Assembly: GCA_049590695.1 (NCBI GenBank)
Contig: JBAWDI010000025.1
Coordinates: 1-35,940 of the forward strand
DNA length: 35,940 nucleotides
Direction of reading: 5' to 3'
DNA from: Bryobacteraceae bacterium
GTDB taxonomy: Bacteria > Acidobacteriota > Terriglobia > Bryobacterales > Bryobacteraceae
The notes under the pieces were generated by a model. That model saw nothing but the letters and a program-made list of their open reading frames with translations. It had not been told where the DNA came from and did no database searches. Below, one piece after another: positions 1 to 9,250 of the stretch; the stretch's first letter is position 1, and each line of letters begins with the position of its first letter. A program made the position numbers and the translations under genes.

Positions 1-1932
1 GATGAGCGGTTTCCCGATGGTGCCGGTCAATTGCGCGGTTGCATTGAGGGTGCCCGTGACGGGTGTGCTTCCAGCGCCGGCGAGCGCCGCGAGGTCTGTT
101 AGCGGGGCGTCGCGGATGGTGGCGTTCCCAAAGACCAGGCTGCCGTCGCCCGTCTTCCACTGGCTCAGGCCCACCGACAGATCGAATTGCGCGCGCGCGG
201 GGCCGCGGACCAGGACGGCATTCCGCAGCCCCAGGTTCTCCGGCGATGCGCTCACGTCCGCGTCGAGAGAGGCGAAGCCCACTGCCAGGTATGAGAAGCG
301 GGTGGCGCGCAGATGCCCGGCAATCCGCGGGTTATCCAGGTAGCCAGTGACCGTGCCATCGAAAACCACGGCGCCGCCGCTCGAGAGCTTCACCGCCAGC
401 CTGGCGGCGCTCTGGCCGATTGCCGGCAGAAGATCGTCGAGATCGCGGGTTTCAAGCTGAACGCGCATCTCGCGGCCGAAAGCGCCGGAGAAAACGGCGT
501 GCGAGGAAGGCAACGTAACGGAGGAGCGGCCCAGGTCCAATATGCCGCCGAGCGCTTCGTAGCTGGCGGAAATCTGCCCGTGGACCAGCGGGCTTTCGGT
601 TGCCGGCGCCAGTTCCAGGCTAGTGGAAACGCGGAGTTCAATGGGCCGCAGCAGTGAGCCTTCCAGGTTCACCTGGCCCGACACCAGGCTGTCCCATGGC
701 AGCCGTTGGGCGCTATACAGGGCCGCCACGCGGCGGGCCCCGAAACCCGCAATCTGGCCGGTGACCGTGTAGCGATCCAGATTGCGAAGCAGCACCTCGC
801 CGCGAAAGTTGCCGCCCAACGCGTCGATCGCCACGCCGTGGAATTCGAGATCGCGGCCGCGTAAACCGGCGGTGGCGATGCTGCCCTCCGCGGGAACCTG
901 GCTGGTGGAGTTCACCTCGTTGCCCGAGAGCCGGACACCACTCAGGCCGATTCCCGCCGTTCCAGCCGCCAGCGCCGCATCGACGCGGAAACCTCGCAGG
1001 CGCACGAAAGAGTCGCGGTATTCCACGCCGGAAGCATGCACGCGGCCGGTGGCGGAGTAGTTGGAAGATCCCGCCCAAACGGCGTTGCCGGAAACGCCGG
1101 CCATGCCGCTCCGCAGTTCCGGCACGCGCAGAATCCGGTTCACGTCGGCGAGCGAAGCGCGCAGGTCGTATCGGAAGGAGCCGTGGGGCGAGACCAGGTC
1201 TTCGACCGCGCCGGAGAAATCGATGTGGGAATCGCCCGTCGCCAGTTTCGCGGAGGTGACGCCGATGCGGTTCTTCTCGAAGGTCACGGCCATGGCGACG
1301 TTCAACGGTATGGGCCCGTAGCTGCCCCACGCCACTTCGACCGGCTCGATGGAGAGATCGCCGCGATAGCGCGGCCCGGCCCGTTCGTAGAGGAACTTCG
1401 CGTTCAGGTTGCGGCCGCGCGCGTCGAATGGGACCCGGCCGCGCGATTCGATCTCGAACACTCCGTTTTGCAGGCTGAAGCGGCCAATCGCCAGGTTGAG
1501 GATGGTCTCCGCCGTGGAGCGCCCGCCGTGCATCTTGGGCGCCGGCAGGTTGGTGCGGCCGCCGGAATCGATGGTCAGGTAGACGCGCGGCTCGACCACT
1601 TCGAGGTACTGAATGTCGACGCGGCGCTCGAGAATCGAGATAATCTTCAGACCCACGGCGACGGTTCGGGCGCGGAAGAGCGGAGGCTTGCCGGAGGGCT
1701 CCGTGCCGTGGAGGGTGAACGCCCCGATCTGGGCCCGCAGCCGCTTCCAATCGAACTGAAACGATCCGGCTTCGACGCGGCCGCCGGTGGCCGTCTCCAC
1801 CGTGCTCACCACCCGCTCACGCACCTTTTCGTAGAACCAGGCGCTGCGGAGCACCAGGATGGCGGCAACGGCGACGAGAGCGAGACCCGCGAGCCCGCCC
1901 GCGCCGATCCACGCGATGCGCCGGCGCGTCAC
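1..1932 (-). CDS. AsmA/TamB-family outer-membrane translocation and assembly protein, N-terminal 644 codons (3' end lies beyond the window edge)
   Basis: The supplied track omits this ORF because it has no stop codon inside the window. My reverse translation from GTG (1932-1930) gives VTRRRIAWIGAGGLAGLALVAVAAILVLRSAWFYEKVRERVVSTVETATGGRVEAGSFQFDWKRLRAQIGAFTLHG... The frame stays open for exactly 644 codons down to position 1. It has an N-terminal membrane anchor followed by long repetitive beta-rich sequence typical of TamB/AsmA. The start overlaps the upstream surA-like stop as GTGA. Confidence 0.7.
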   Translation of the reverse strand, partial: MTRRRIAWIGAGGLAGLALVAVAAILVLRSAWFYEKVRERVVSTVETATGGRVEAGSFQFDWKRLRAQIGAFTLHGTEPSGKPPLFRARTVAVGLKIISILERRVDIQYLEVVEPRVYLTIDSGGRTNLPAPKMHGGRSTAETILNLAIGRFSLQNGVFEIESRGRVPFDARGRNLNAKFLYERAGPRYRGDLSIEPVEVAWGSYGPIPLNVAMAVTFEKNRIGVTSAKLATGDSHIDFSGAVEDLVSPHGSFRYDLRASLADVNRILRVPELRSGMAGVSGNAVWAGSSNYSATGRVHASGVEYRDSFVRLRGFRVDAALAAGTAGIGLSGVRLSGNEVNSTSQVPAEGSIATAGLRGRDLEFHGVAIDALGGNFRGEVLLRNLDRYTVTGQIAGFGARRVAALYSAQRLPWDSLVSGQVNLEGSLLRPIELRVSTSLELAPATESPLVHGQISASYEALGGILDLGRSSVTLPSSHAVFSGAFGREMRVQLETRDLDDLLPAIGQSAARLAVKLSSGGAVVFDGTVTGYLDNPRIAGHLRATRFSYLAVGFASLDADVSASPENLGLRNAVLVRGPARAQFDLSVGLSQWKTGDGSLVFGNATIRDAPLTDLAALAGAGSTPVTGTLNATAQLTGTIGKPLI

Positions 1933-2687
1933 TGGAACACCTGTTCGTGGAACACGATTTCGGTGCGGCTGCGGGCCTCTTGGAGCCAGGTATCCATTTG
2001 CAGGTCGGCGCGCTGGCCGGTGATCGTCTGCTCGATCTGGTCGCGATAGTCTTCGAGGCCGATAGGCTGGCCGGGATGGGCGGCTTCCGCCGCCGGCTTC
2101 ACCACCTTGTCGAAATAATCCTGAATATCCTGGCCGGTCACCTGGACGCCGGATTGAAAGCGCACCTCGATGAACAGCAGCAGCGTGCGCTGCCAGAGCA
2201 GCAGGTCCTTCACATCCCGATCGGTGATGCCGTAATCCGCCAAGGCGCGCTGGTATGCCTCGTCGTTCGGAAAGCGCTCCTTCTTGAACGCCTGGAGCAC
2301 CGGCGCCACCTCGGCGGCGGTGGGGACCGGGTAGCGGCTGATTTCGAGTTCACGCCGGATGAGCACCTGCTCGACCATGCGCTCGGCGGTAGCGTGCTTG
2401 CCGGCGGGGCTGAAGTCGGGCTTCACCCCGTCCTGAAAAGCAACCACCCGGATTTCCCGGTTGAGGTCGGTTTCGGTGATCACGCGATTGCCCACCGAGA
2501 CGGCGATGCGGTCGATGATCTCGGCGCGGGCGGGGACGGCGAGCGAGAGCAGGGCGAACGCCAGCGCGGTAGTAGCCTTGTCCCACCGCTCTCTGACGGG
2601 GTGCCCCCTGGGACCGGCTTCCCCAGACCGGCCCAGCACCCCACGCGGGTGACGCATCTTGTCCGGGTGTGTGGAGTTGTCATTCAC
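1929..2687 (-). CDS. SurA N-terminal-domain periplasmic chaperone-like protein
   Basis: The 252-aa ORF has a signal-like stretch ALAFALLSLAVPARA followed by IIDRIAVSVGNRVITETDLNREI..., the typical SurA_N chaperone opening. No parvulin PPIase motif is visible. The start is uncertain: GTG at 2687 or ATG at 2657. Confidence 0.8.
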   Translation of the reverse strand: MNDNSTHPDKMRHPRGVLGRSGEAGPRGHPVRERWDKATTALAFALLSLAVPARAEIIDRIAVSVGNRVITETDLNREIRVVAFQDGVKPDFSPAGKHATAERMVEQVLIRRELEISRYPVPTAAEVAPVLQAFKKERFPNDEAYQRALADYGITDRDVKDLLLWQRTLLLFIEVRFQSGVQVTGQDIQDYFDKVVKPAAEAAHPGQPIGLEDYRDQIEQTITGQRADLQMDTWLQEARSRTEIVFHEQVFQ

Positions 2688-2738
2688 GACCTTTTAAGCT
2701 CCTCTTTTTCAATGGGTTGCGTCCGTGGGTCGGGATTT

Positions 2739-2779
2739 TGTGACGCATCTTGAGGGCCTTTTTTGCAAGATGCGTCACA
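2739..2779 (-). promoter_or_regulatory. Perfect 14-bp stem hairpin in the surA-like leader
   Basis: TGTGACGCATCTTG (2739-2752) pairs perfectly with CAAGATGCGTCACA (2766-2779) across a 13-nt loop. The 13-mer GTGACGCATCTTG occurs a third time at 2649-2661, where it spans the candidate ATG at 2657. Confidence 0.4.
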
Positions 2780-3407
2780 CGGGTGGTACGGAGCCAGATG
2801 ATTCGAGAGCGTTTGTGTAAGTGCCCTAAGTTCAATTGGATACGTCTGTCTGGAAGGCCAGCATTGGACTGCGGAGGCACCCGACCGCCAGGAGAACGGA
2901 ACGAAGCCAAAAGACGCCGATTGACCGCTGGAGACGCCGGAATCCCGGAAACGAGCCGATTCGGCTGCTTCACCCGAGATGCGGAACAAAGCCAAATTCG
3001 GATCAGGATCACGGCGGATTCCCTCCTGTCCACAGTGTACAACGGTGGGGCAGAGTAAGAAACGTAAGTGATTGATTCCGCAGAGACAATGAATTGTCAC
3101 CCGGACAATGCGTCGCTACGTGCGATCACGACGACGCTTCTGTCGGGAACGGCGTCAAAACGGGTTCTTCTGCCCGACTTCCTGGGATCACGGGTCGCCC
3201 TTACGGTGGCCTCATCCTGGTGCGCGAGTCGGACAAACGATTAGGCTACGGCTCCCAGAGGGAACAACTGCAACTAGAAAACGCGAAGGAAGGCGACTTG
3301 GTGTATGCTGACTGGTAGCCGGGACCCCAGAAGGACATTCCGGGCAGTATGAGACCGCCGCCGACGGCTTGAAGATCACTCGTGCCCGTCAGCCAAGGAG
3401 GTGCTCG

Positions 3408-6161
3408 ATGAAGCGACTGGCTCGCCGGATCGTTTCACGGATGCCGCGCTGCTACGCCGGCCTGGTAGTACTTGTAGCGGCCTTTTCGACTTTGGCTAAG
3501 ACCCAGACAGTCATAGACGCTTCGCAACGGAGGCCGAAGGCTAGCGATTTCGCTCCGGTTCAACTGCCGGCGATCGACCCGTCGCTGCTCCAGAATACGG
3601 TGGCGGCCACGCGGCCCGTGGCGTCCGTCCCCAACCTCCAACTGCAATACGATTCCACCGCCGATTTCGTCTATCCTCACGATTACAAGATCATCCGCTG
3701 GGTGGACATCAAGAACATCGGCGCTTACACCGAGCTCGATCAATCGTCCGTCGTCACCGGGCCAAACGGGTTCTCGATCAGCACCGATCAGTTGGGTGTC
3801 GCGCCGTTTCCACAGCCGGGGCCCTTGTACCTTCAGCCCAACGAGACGCAGCGCCTCTGGCTCGTCCTCAACTGGAGCGATCTGGACCAGAGCGCATGGA
3901 CCGCCGGAAGTGTCTACGATTACGTCATCGTATTCACGATCTCCCCCAAAAGAAACGGTCAGACTCCCGCCGAGATCCTGGCGCAATCCCAGACGGTGAC
4001 TCTCCACAATCAGGTGCATGTCTACTCTACCGCGCCGATTGTCGGCCAAGGTCCGCCCATCGGTGACAACAACGCCACCATCCAGGGAACGGTGTACGAC
4101 GCCGCGACCGGGAAGCCGATCGCGAACGCCGGGGTCAAACTCATCGGGCAGAACGAGAGCCCGTTCCTTCCGTATACGGATTCGGCGGGCCATTACAGCG
4201 TCGCGCTTACCGCCTACGCCCTGGCGCAGAGCGGCTTTTGGAAGCCCTACGGGGTGAAGATCACTGCCGCGGGATATGCCGACTTTCACACCGCCGTGGC
4301 GCCCCACGCCGGCGATACCATCCGGCTGGATGGTCCCATGAAACCCGCGGTGCAGGGACCCGCCTACACGGTCACGTCGAAAACCGATGGCGTGCTGAAT
4401 CAATACACCGGACAAGCCTCCAAGGACGGCAAGTACTTCGCGTTTGCTCCTTTCCACTCCATCGTGCCGTCCGGCGCCGACAGCCAGACCTACCTCGCGC
4501 AGGCCAACCTGTCGTTTTTCGGCGGCGACGGCGCTCTGCTCTGGCAGTTCCCTTTGTACGCGGAAACCCCCGCGGTGTCGGTAGCGGACGATGGATCGCT
4601 GGTCGCCACGGCGCGTGACGACACCACCCGGTCCGATAATGGCGTCTATCTTCTGAACAACGCCGACCAGGTGGTCTGGTCTGTCGGGAACCTCGGGTCC
4701 ACCGATCCCAGCGGGTTCCGCGAAGTCCGGATTTCTCACGGCGCGAAGTACCTCGCCGCCGCCGATTCGAGCGGAAACGTGTACCTGCTGGACATAGCCT
4801 CCAGGAAAGTAGTGTGGCAACGCTTCCTCAACGGGCAGGTGCGGACATTGGACTTTGAGGACGGCGACGCCACGCTCTATGCCGGCAGCGGCGACGGCTA
4901 TTTCTATTGCCTTCACATCGACGGCACCCTGGCCTGGCGCACTTATGTGGGATCGTGGCCCATCGCCTTCCACATGTCGGCAAACTACATCCTGGTGGGC
5001 GGCAAGGAGGGGTACTACCTGTCCCTGCTCGACAGACCCACCGGCCGAATCCTCTGGCAATACCCAGTGCCGGCGGGTCCCAGCGACGTCATGATCGCCC
5101 CCGACGAGTCGTACATCGCCGCAGTGGGCAGTTCGAACTTTGGAGTGTTGCTCTTCGATCTCAGCGGCGTGGTGTTCGACCAGGATACGAACGCCGGAAT
5201 GGTGGCCATCGCCAACGGCGCCTCGTACATGCTGCTCACCACCCAGGACACCGGGTCGAACGATGTCGGCGCCACCGGGCTGGCCGTCATCGGCCGCGAC
5301 GGCCGCCAGTTGTGGACCAGCGGCGATCTGGACACCACCATCCATCGCGGACCGCTCGATGGCTTCGCCTGGATGTCGGACGATGGCCGCAAGCTGGTAG
5401 CCGCCAACGGCAACTGGGTGTACTTCCTGGCGCAGCAGGGCCCCAGCGCCCCGGGCGCGGGAGTGACCAGCGCCGCCAGTTATTCCTCCAGCGCCACGAA
5501 TGGGGTTTCACCGGGCGAGATGCTGACGCTGTTCGGACAGGGTCTTGGACCGGCCCAATCGACCGGCCTGCAAGTGGACAGCACGGGGAAGGTGACGACC
5601 CTGCTGGCCGGCACTCAGGTGCTGTTCGACGACACACCCGGGCCGCTCATCTACACCTCCAGCGGGCAAGTTAGCCTGATGGCTCCTTACGATCTGGCCG
5701 GCAAGAGCACGGTGACCATCACGGCACAGTACCAGGGACTTTCCTCGCCGCCAGCGGACGTCGCGGTGGCTCCCGCCAACCCAGCCTTGTTTACGCTGAA
5801 CAGCTCAGGTCAGGGGGATGGGGCGATCGTGCGGCCCGACGGCTCAGCGGTCAATGCGGCCAACCCGGCCGGCGCGGGCGACGTGCTCCTGCTGTTCGCC
5901 GAAGGCTATGGCGTTTCTACGCCGGCTTTGCCCGACGGTCTGGTGGTGACCACTACGTTGCCGGCACCGGCGCTGACGACCGTGCTGCTGATCGACGGTC
6001 AGCCGGTGGCGACGCAGTACTGCGGCGCCGCGCCATATATGGTGAACGGGATATTGCAGGTGAATTTCCAGGTGCCGGCACTGGCGTTTGGGGCGCATCA
6101 AATCCAATTGAAGGTGGGGGATCGCACGAGCCCCGCCGGAGTGACGCTGCAGACCAGGTAA
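3408..6161 (+). CDS. Large secreted protein with a CarboxypepD_reg-like domain, PQQ/WD-like beta-propeller repeats and a Solibacter-type C-terminal domain
   Basis: AAGGAGG sits 7 nt upstream of the ATG at 3408, so the track start at 3369 (TTG) is less likely. The signal peptide reads MKRLARRIVSRMPRCYAGLVVLVAAFSTLAKTQ. IQGTVYDAATGKPIANAGVKL is a CarboxypepD_reg-like motif. Repeated propeller blades read G.VYLLD...VVWQ and GDGYFYCLHIDGTLAWR. The C-terminal ~215 aa (SAASYSS..VSPGEMLTLFGQGLGP...PALFTLNSSGQGDGAI...GILQVNFQVP) resembles the Solibacter uncharacterized C-terminal domain. Confidence 0.85.
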   Translation: MKRLARRIVSRMPRCYAGLVVLVAAFSTLAKTQTVIDASQRRPKASDFAPVQLPAIDPSLLQNTVAATRPVASVPNLQLQYDSTADFVYPHDYKIIRWVDIKNIGAYTELDQSSVVTGPNGFSISTDQLGVAPFPQPGPLYLQPNETQRLWLVLNWSDLDQSAWTAGSVYDYVIVFTISPKRNGQTPAEILAQSQTVTLHNQVHVYSTAPIVGQGPPIGDNNATIQGTVYDAATGKPIANAGVKLIGQNESPFLPYTDSAGHYSVALTAYALAQSGFWKPYGVKITAAGYADFHTAVAPHAGDTIRLDGPMKPAVQGPAYTVTSKTDGVLNQYTGQASKDGKYFAFAPFHSIVPSGADSQTYLAQANLSFFGGDGALLWQFPLYAETPAVSVADDGSLVATARDDTTRSDNGVYLLNNADQVVWSVGNLGSTDPSGFREVRISHGAKYLAAADSSGNVYLLDIASRKVVWQRFLNGQVRTLDFEDGDATLYAGSGDGYFYCLHIDGTLAWRTYVGSWPIAFHMSANYILVGGKEGYYLSLLDRPTGRILWQYPVPAGPSDVMIAPDESYIAAVGSSNFGVLLFDLSGVVFDQDTNAGMVAIANGASYMLLTTQDTGSNDVGATGLAVIGRDGRQLWTSGDLDTTIHRGPLDGFAWMSDDGRKLVAANGNWVYFLAQQGPSAPGAGVTSAASYSSSATNGVSPGEMLTLFGQGLGPAQSTGLQVDSTGKVTTLLAGTQVLFDDTPGPLIYTSSGQVSLMAPYDLAGKSTVTITAQYQGLSSPPADVAVAPANPALFTLNSSGQGDGAIVRPDGSAVNAANPAGAGDVLLLFAEGYGVSTPALPDGLVVTTTLPAPALTTVLLIDGQPVATQYCGAAPYMVNGILQVNFQVPALAFGAHQIQLKVGDRTSPAGVTLQTR

Positions 6162-6225
6162 CAGCACGACACTGAGCCGCGCCTGGCAGCGGGCGTGCGC
6201 CACGGCCGGAATGGAGAGCGCCGCC

Positions 6226-9207
6226 TCAAAACGTCTGTCCTATCGAGAAGAAGTATTGAAAATGGCTCACGCCCTGCACCACGCATTGGCTGGCGGCGCC
6301 GGCGCAGGGGTTCACGCCCGCGTTGATCAGGTCCTGCAGGGTTCCTTTGAAGCCAAAGAAGTGCGGCGGATTAATGCTGTATGCCAAGTCGACGCGGATG
6401 GGGCCGACGGGCGTGCGGTAGCGGATTCCGAAGCCTACGGCGTGGACCATGTAATCGAAATCCTGAAGGTTGCGCTGGCGCACGCGGAAGGAAAGATCGC
6501 CGAGGCTGGAATAGGCGTTTCCGGCGTCGTGAAACAGGACGCCGCCGATATTGTCGCCGACCAGCGGGAAGCGCAGCTCGGTCTGGTTGAAGAAGACCGC
6601 CGTGCCCCCTAGCGGGAAGCCGGTCACCGGGTCGCGAGGTCCGGCCTGGTTTTCCGGGAAGCCGCGGTTTGAAGTGCCGCCGCCGCCGAAAAAGCGCTCC
6701 GGCAGGGGGATGGCTGCGAGCACGTCGCCGCTGTAGCGGAACGCGTAGATGTCGCCGAATTCCGTGCTGCGCGCCAGCACCAGCTTCTTGCCCAGGGGAT
6801 GGTAGGTCGCATTGCGCGCCAGAAAGCGCAGGAAGTCGCGCTGCGAACCGACGACGTGCTCGGCCAGCCCCACGTCCAGTGTGGTGTAGATGCCTTTATG
6901 CGGGTCCACGGGGTCGTCGCGGCGGTCCTGGATGAAGCCGCCGGCGATCAGGCCCAGACGCACCGGCTGCGAAAGAAGGGGGATCAGAAACGGGGTGATC
7001 TTGAGAGTTGCCTGGTCGACGCTGACCCGCCGGTAAGTGTAGCGATAGAACAAGGTGGTGGCTTTGGAGAAGCGCTGCGACAATTGCGCCGAGCCTTCCT
7101 CGCGCTTATAGGAAAAAGTGCGGATGTCGTTCTCATCTTCATAGAGGCCGGTGAACGAGACGTTGAAACGGTCCTGGCTGTGGAAGTGCGGCCAGGTGTA
7201 GGTGAGCAGGGCGCGGCGTTCCAGTGTGGAAATGCGGGTGCGCAGGCTGATGCTGTGGGCCAGGCCCCACAGGTTGGACCGGGTGAAATCGAGCGAGACG
7301 CGCGGGGAGAAGCCGGTCTGGCCGGCGGGCGCGTCGAGGCAGGTGGTGCAGCCGCCGATGCGGGTCAACTGCGCGCCCAGGCCCACCGCGAAAGAGTAGC
7401 GCCGCGCTTCTTCCAATTCATAGAGCACGTACTTGCGGCTGGTCTCGCCGTCGGGATTCTGGATGGCGGTATCGACGCGCGAAAAGACGCCGAGGTCGTA
7501 GAGGCGGCGCTGGGTTTCGGTGATCGCCGTGGGGGAAAGCGGGTCGCCGGGATTCAGATTGAGGTTTCGATAGACCAGGCCGGGGCGCGTGGTCTTGAGC
7601 GCGCCCTGGTTAACGATCACTTCCTTCACGGATTCCTCATTGCCTTCGCCGATGGTGAAACGCAGGTCCACCAGGTTCGGCTTCCCGGCCGGCTTGGAGC
7701 TCCACTCGAAGGTGGCATTGGGGAACCCGTTGTCGAAGTATTGCGCCAGGATGGTATCGCGGTCCACCGCCACGTTGAATTCGCTGAAAGGCTGGTCCTG
7801 GGTGCAGTTGAGCATTTTCAGGATGGCCGCCTGGTCCAAGCTCCGGATGCCCTCGACCTCCAGGTGATTGACGAAGTACTGCGGCCCTTCGTCGATGGTG
7901 AGAGAGACCGCCATATCGCCGGCCTGGCCGCGGTAGTTGTCCTCCAGCCGGTCGGTCACCCGCACGTCGCGAAAGCCGTTCGACTGGTACAGATTTACGA
8001 TGGAATCCTCATCGCGGCTGAGGAGGCTCTCGCTATAGCGCCCGTGCGGAAACTGGAGGAACGAGGCCTTCTGGAGGAACATGCGCTCGCGAATGGTTTC
8101 CGTGTCGAAGTACCGGTTGCCGCGGATTTCGATGGCTACCAGCTTGTGGCGCTCGCCGGTGGAGACCACGTAATCGATGGAGGACTTATCGTTGACGACG
8201 CCCTGCTCCTTGAACTCGACCTCGGCGTTGAAGTAGCCGTCCGACTGGAAATAATCGCGCAGGTTGCGTGCGCCTTCGACCAGCAGGTCGTGATCCACGG
8301 CGTGTTCCTCGAAGACCGGAACCAAGCGCCGCAGCTTTCTTTGGGAGACCTTGGCGCCGGTGGTGCGGACCTCGATGCGCGGCCCCGCCTCGATGTGGAT
8401 GGTGGGAAGGGCGCTGTTGGTCCCGGCGTCGTACTTGAGGGAATCCAGCGCGACCTTGGCTTCCAGGCGGTCCTCCTGGTCATACAGCGCGCGGACCCCA
8501 GCGATGCCCTCGATCACGCGCGTCTGGGTGACGGGCTTCCAGGTGTGGATGATCCAGCGGCGGAATTTGGTGGCGCCGGCGATCTTTCCAGGATCCATTT
8601 TCAACTCGCCGGTCAGAACAGGTGGAGCGAAATGCGCACGCTTCCCGCTGTCGACTTCGAAGCGGAGATTCACCTGCTGGTGGGCGCGGTCGTAATCCAA
8701 CTCCGGGTGGATGCCCCTCCCGTAAAGGCCGTTGCTTTCGAGCAGCCGTTGCTGGCCGGCCACGGCCTCCTGGAGTTTGGCATCGGTGTAAGGCTGGCCG
8801 AGATCGAGCCGCGTGGCGTTCTCCAGTTGCCCGGGATTCGGATTGGACAGGCTGCCCACCGCCGACACACTGCCGATGAACCAACTGTTCTTGGTGAGGA
8901 AGCGGACGATGACACCGTTCTGGTAGGGCTCGGCATCCACCTGGATATCGGCGTACCTTCCGGTGGCAAACAGCCGCTCGATGGAGTCGCGGACGGAGGC
9001 CATGCTGAGCGGCTGGTGGATTTTGAGCGGCAGGATTTCGTACAGCTCGGAGGGGTCCAAAGGCTGCTCGACCGGATCGAACTGAATGGTGAGCACTTCC
9101 TTGCCGTCATACTTCTGGTATTGCGCCAGGAGAGAGCAGGGCTGCGCAGCCGCCAGACAGACAACCAGGCAAGAAAAGTTGGCGAGCAGCGATCGCACCA
9201 AGTTCAT
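6226..9207 (-). CDS. bamA: Outer membrane protein assembly factor BamA (Omp85 family, multiple POTRA domains plus C-terminal beta-barrel)
   Basis: The 993-aa ORF has a signal peptide (MNLVRSLLANFSCLVVCLAAAQP). It contains repeated POTRA-like units such as VLTIQFDP..., IEIRGNRYF and VEGIRSLD. The C-terminal barrel carries RGFPENQAGPRD, a GGT..FFNQTELRFPL motif and a terminal aromatic residue (..IGQTF). Confidence 0.9.
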   Translation of the reverse strand: MNLVRSLLANFSCLVVCLAAAQPCSLLAQYQKYDGKEVLTIQFDPVEQPLDPSELYEILPLKIHQPLSMASVRDSIERLFATGRYADIQVDAEPYQNGVIVRFLTKNSWFIGSVSAVGSLSNPNPGQLENATRLDLGQPYTDAKLQEAVAGQQRLLESNGLYGRGIHPELDYDRAHQQVNLRFEVDSGKRAHFAPPVLTGELKMDPGKIAGATKFRRWIIHTWKPVTQTRVIEGIAGVRALYDQEDRLEAKVALDSLKYDAGTNSALPTIHIEAGPRIEVRTTGAKVSQRKLRRLVPVFEEHAVDHDLLVEGARNLRDYFQSDGYFNAEVEFKEQGVVNDKSSIDYVVSTGERHKLVAIEIRGNRYFDTETIRERMFLQKASFLQFPHGRYSESLLSRDEDSIVNLYQSNGFRDVRVTDRLEDNYRGQAGDMAVSLTIDEGPQYFVNHLEVEGIRSLDQAAILKMLNCTQDQPFSEFNVAVDRDTILAQYFDNGFPNATFEWSSKPAGKPNLVDLRFTIGEGNEESVKEVIVNQGALKTTRPGLVYRNLNLNPGDPLSPTAITETQRRLYDLGVFSRVDTAIQNPDGETSRKYVLYELEEARRYSFAVGLGAQLTRIGGCTTCLDAPAGQTGFSPRVSLDFTRSNLWGLAHSISLRTRISTLERRALLTYTWPHFHSQDRFNVSFTGLYEDENDIRTFSYKREEGSAQLSQRFSKATTLFYRYTYRRVSVDQATLKITPFLIPLLSQPVRLGLIAGGFIQDRRDDPVDPHKGIYTTLDVGLAEHVVGSQRDFLRFLARNATYHPLGKKLVLARSTEFGDIYAFRYSGDVLAAIPLPERFFGGGGTSNRGFPENQAGPRDPVTGFPLGGTAVFFNQTELRFPLVGDNIGGVLFHDAGNAYSSLGDLSFRVRQRNLQDFDYMVHAVGFGIRYRTPVGPIRVDLAYSINPPHFFGFKGTLQDLINAGVNPCAGAASQCVVQGVSHFQYFFSIGQTF

Positions 9208-9250
9208 GATACCGTAAGTCGTTCATAGCGACTTTGTTACCATCGGATTG

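Noticed and set aside
713-2049. Track ORFs 713-1750 (minus strand, different frame) and 1036-2049 (plus strand) in the leftmost 2 kb.
   Set aside because: Both are Arg/Gly-rich. The real gene is the untracked minus-strand frame that stays open from 1932 to the window edge and encodes a TamB/AsmA-like protein.
3435-5345. A 636-aa ORF on the minus strand, opposite the large secreted-protein gene.
   Set aside because: The product is Arg/Gly/Val/Asp-rich with no recognisable motifs. It is fully antisense to a gene with clear domain content. It is the typical open antisense frame of high-GC DNA.
6799-9228. An 809-aa ORF on the plus strand, opposite bamA.
   Set aside because: It is antisense to an unmistakable BamA. 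Its translation is low-complexity (G/A/R/V/D-rich) without motifs.
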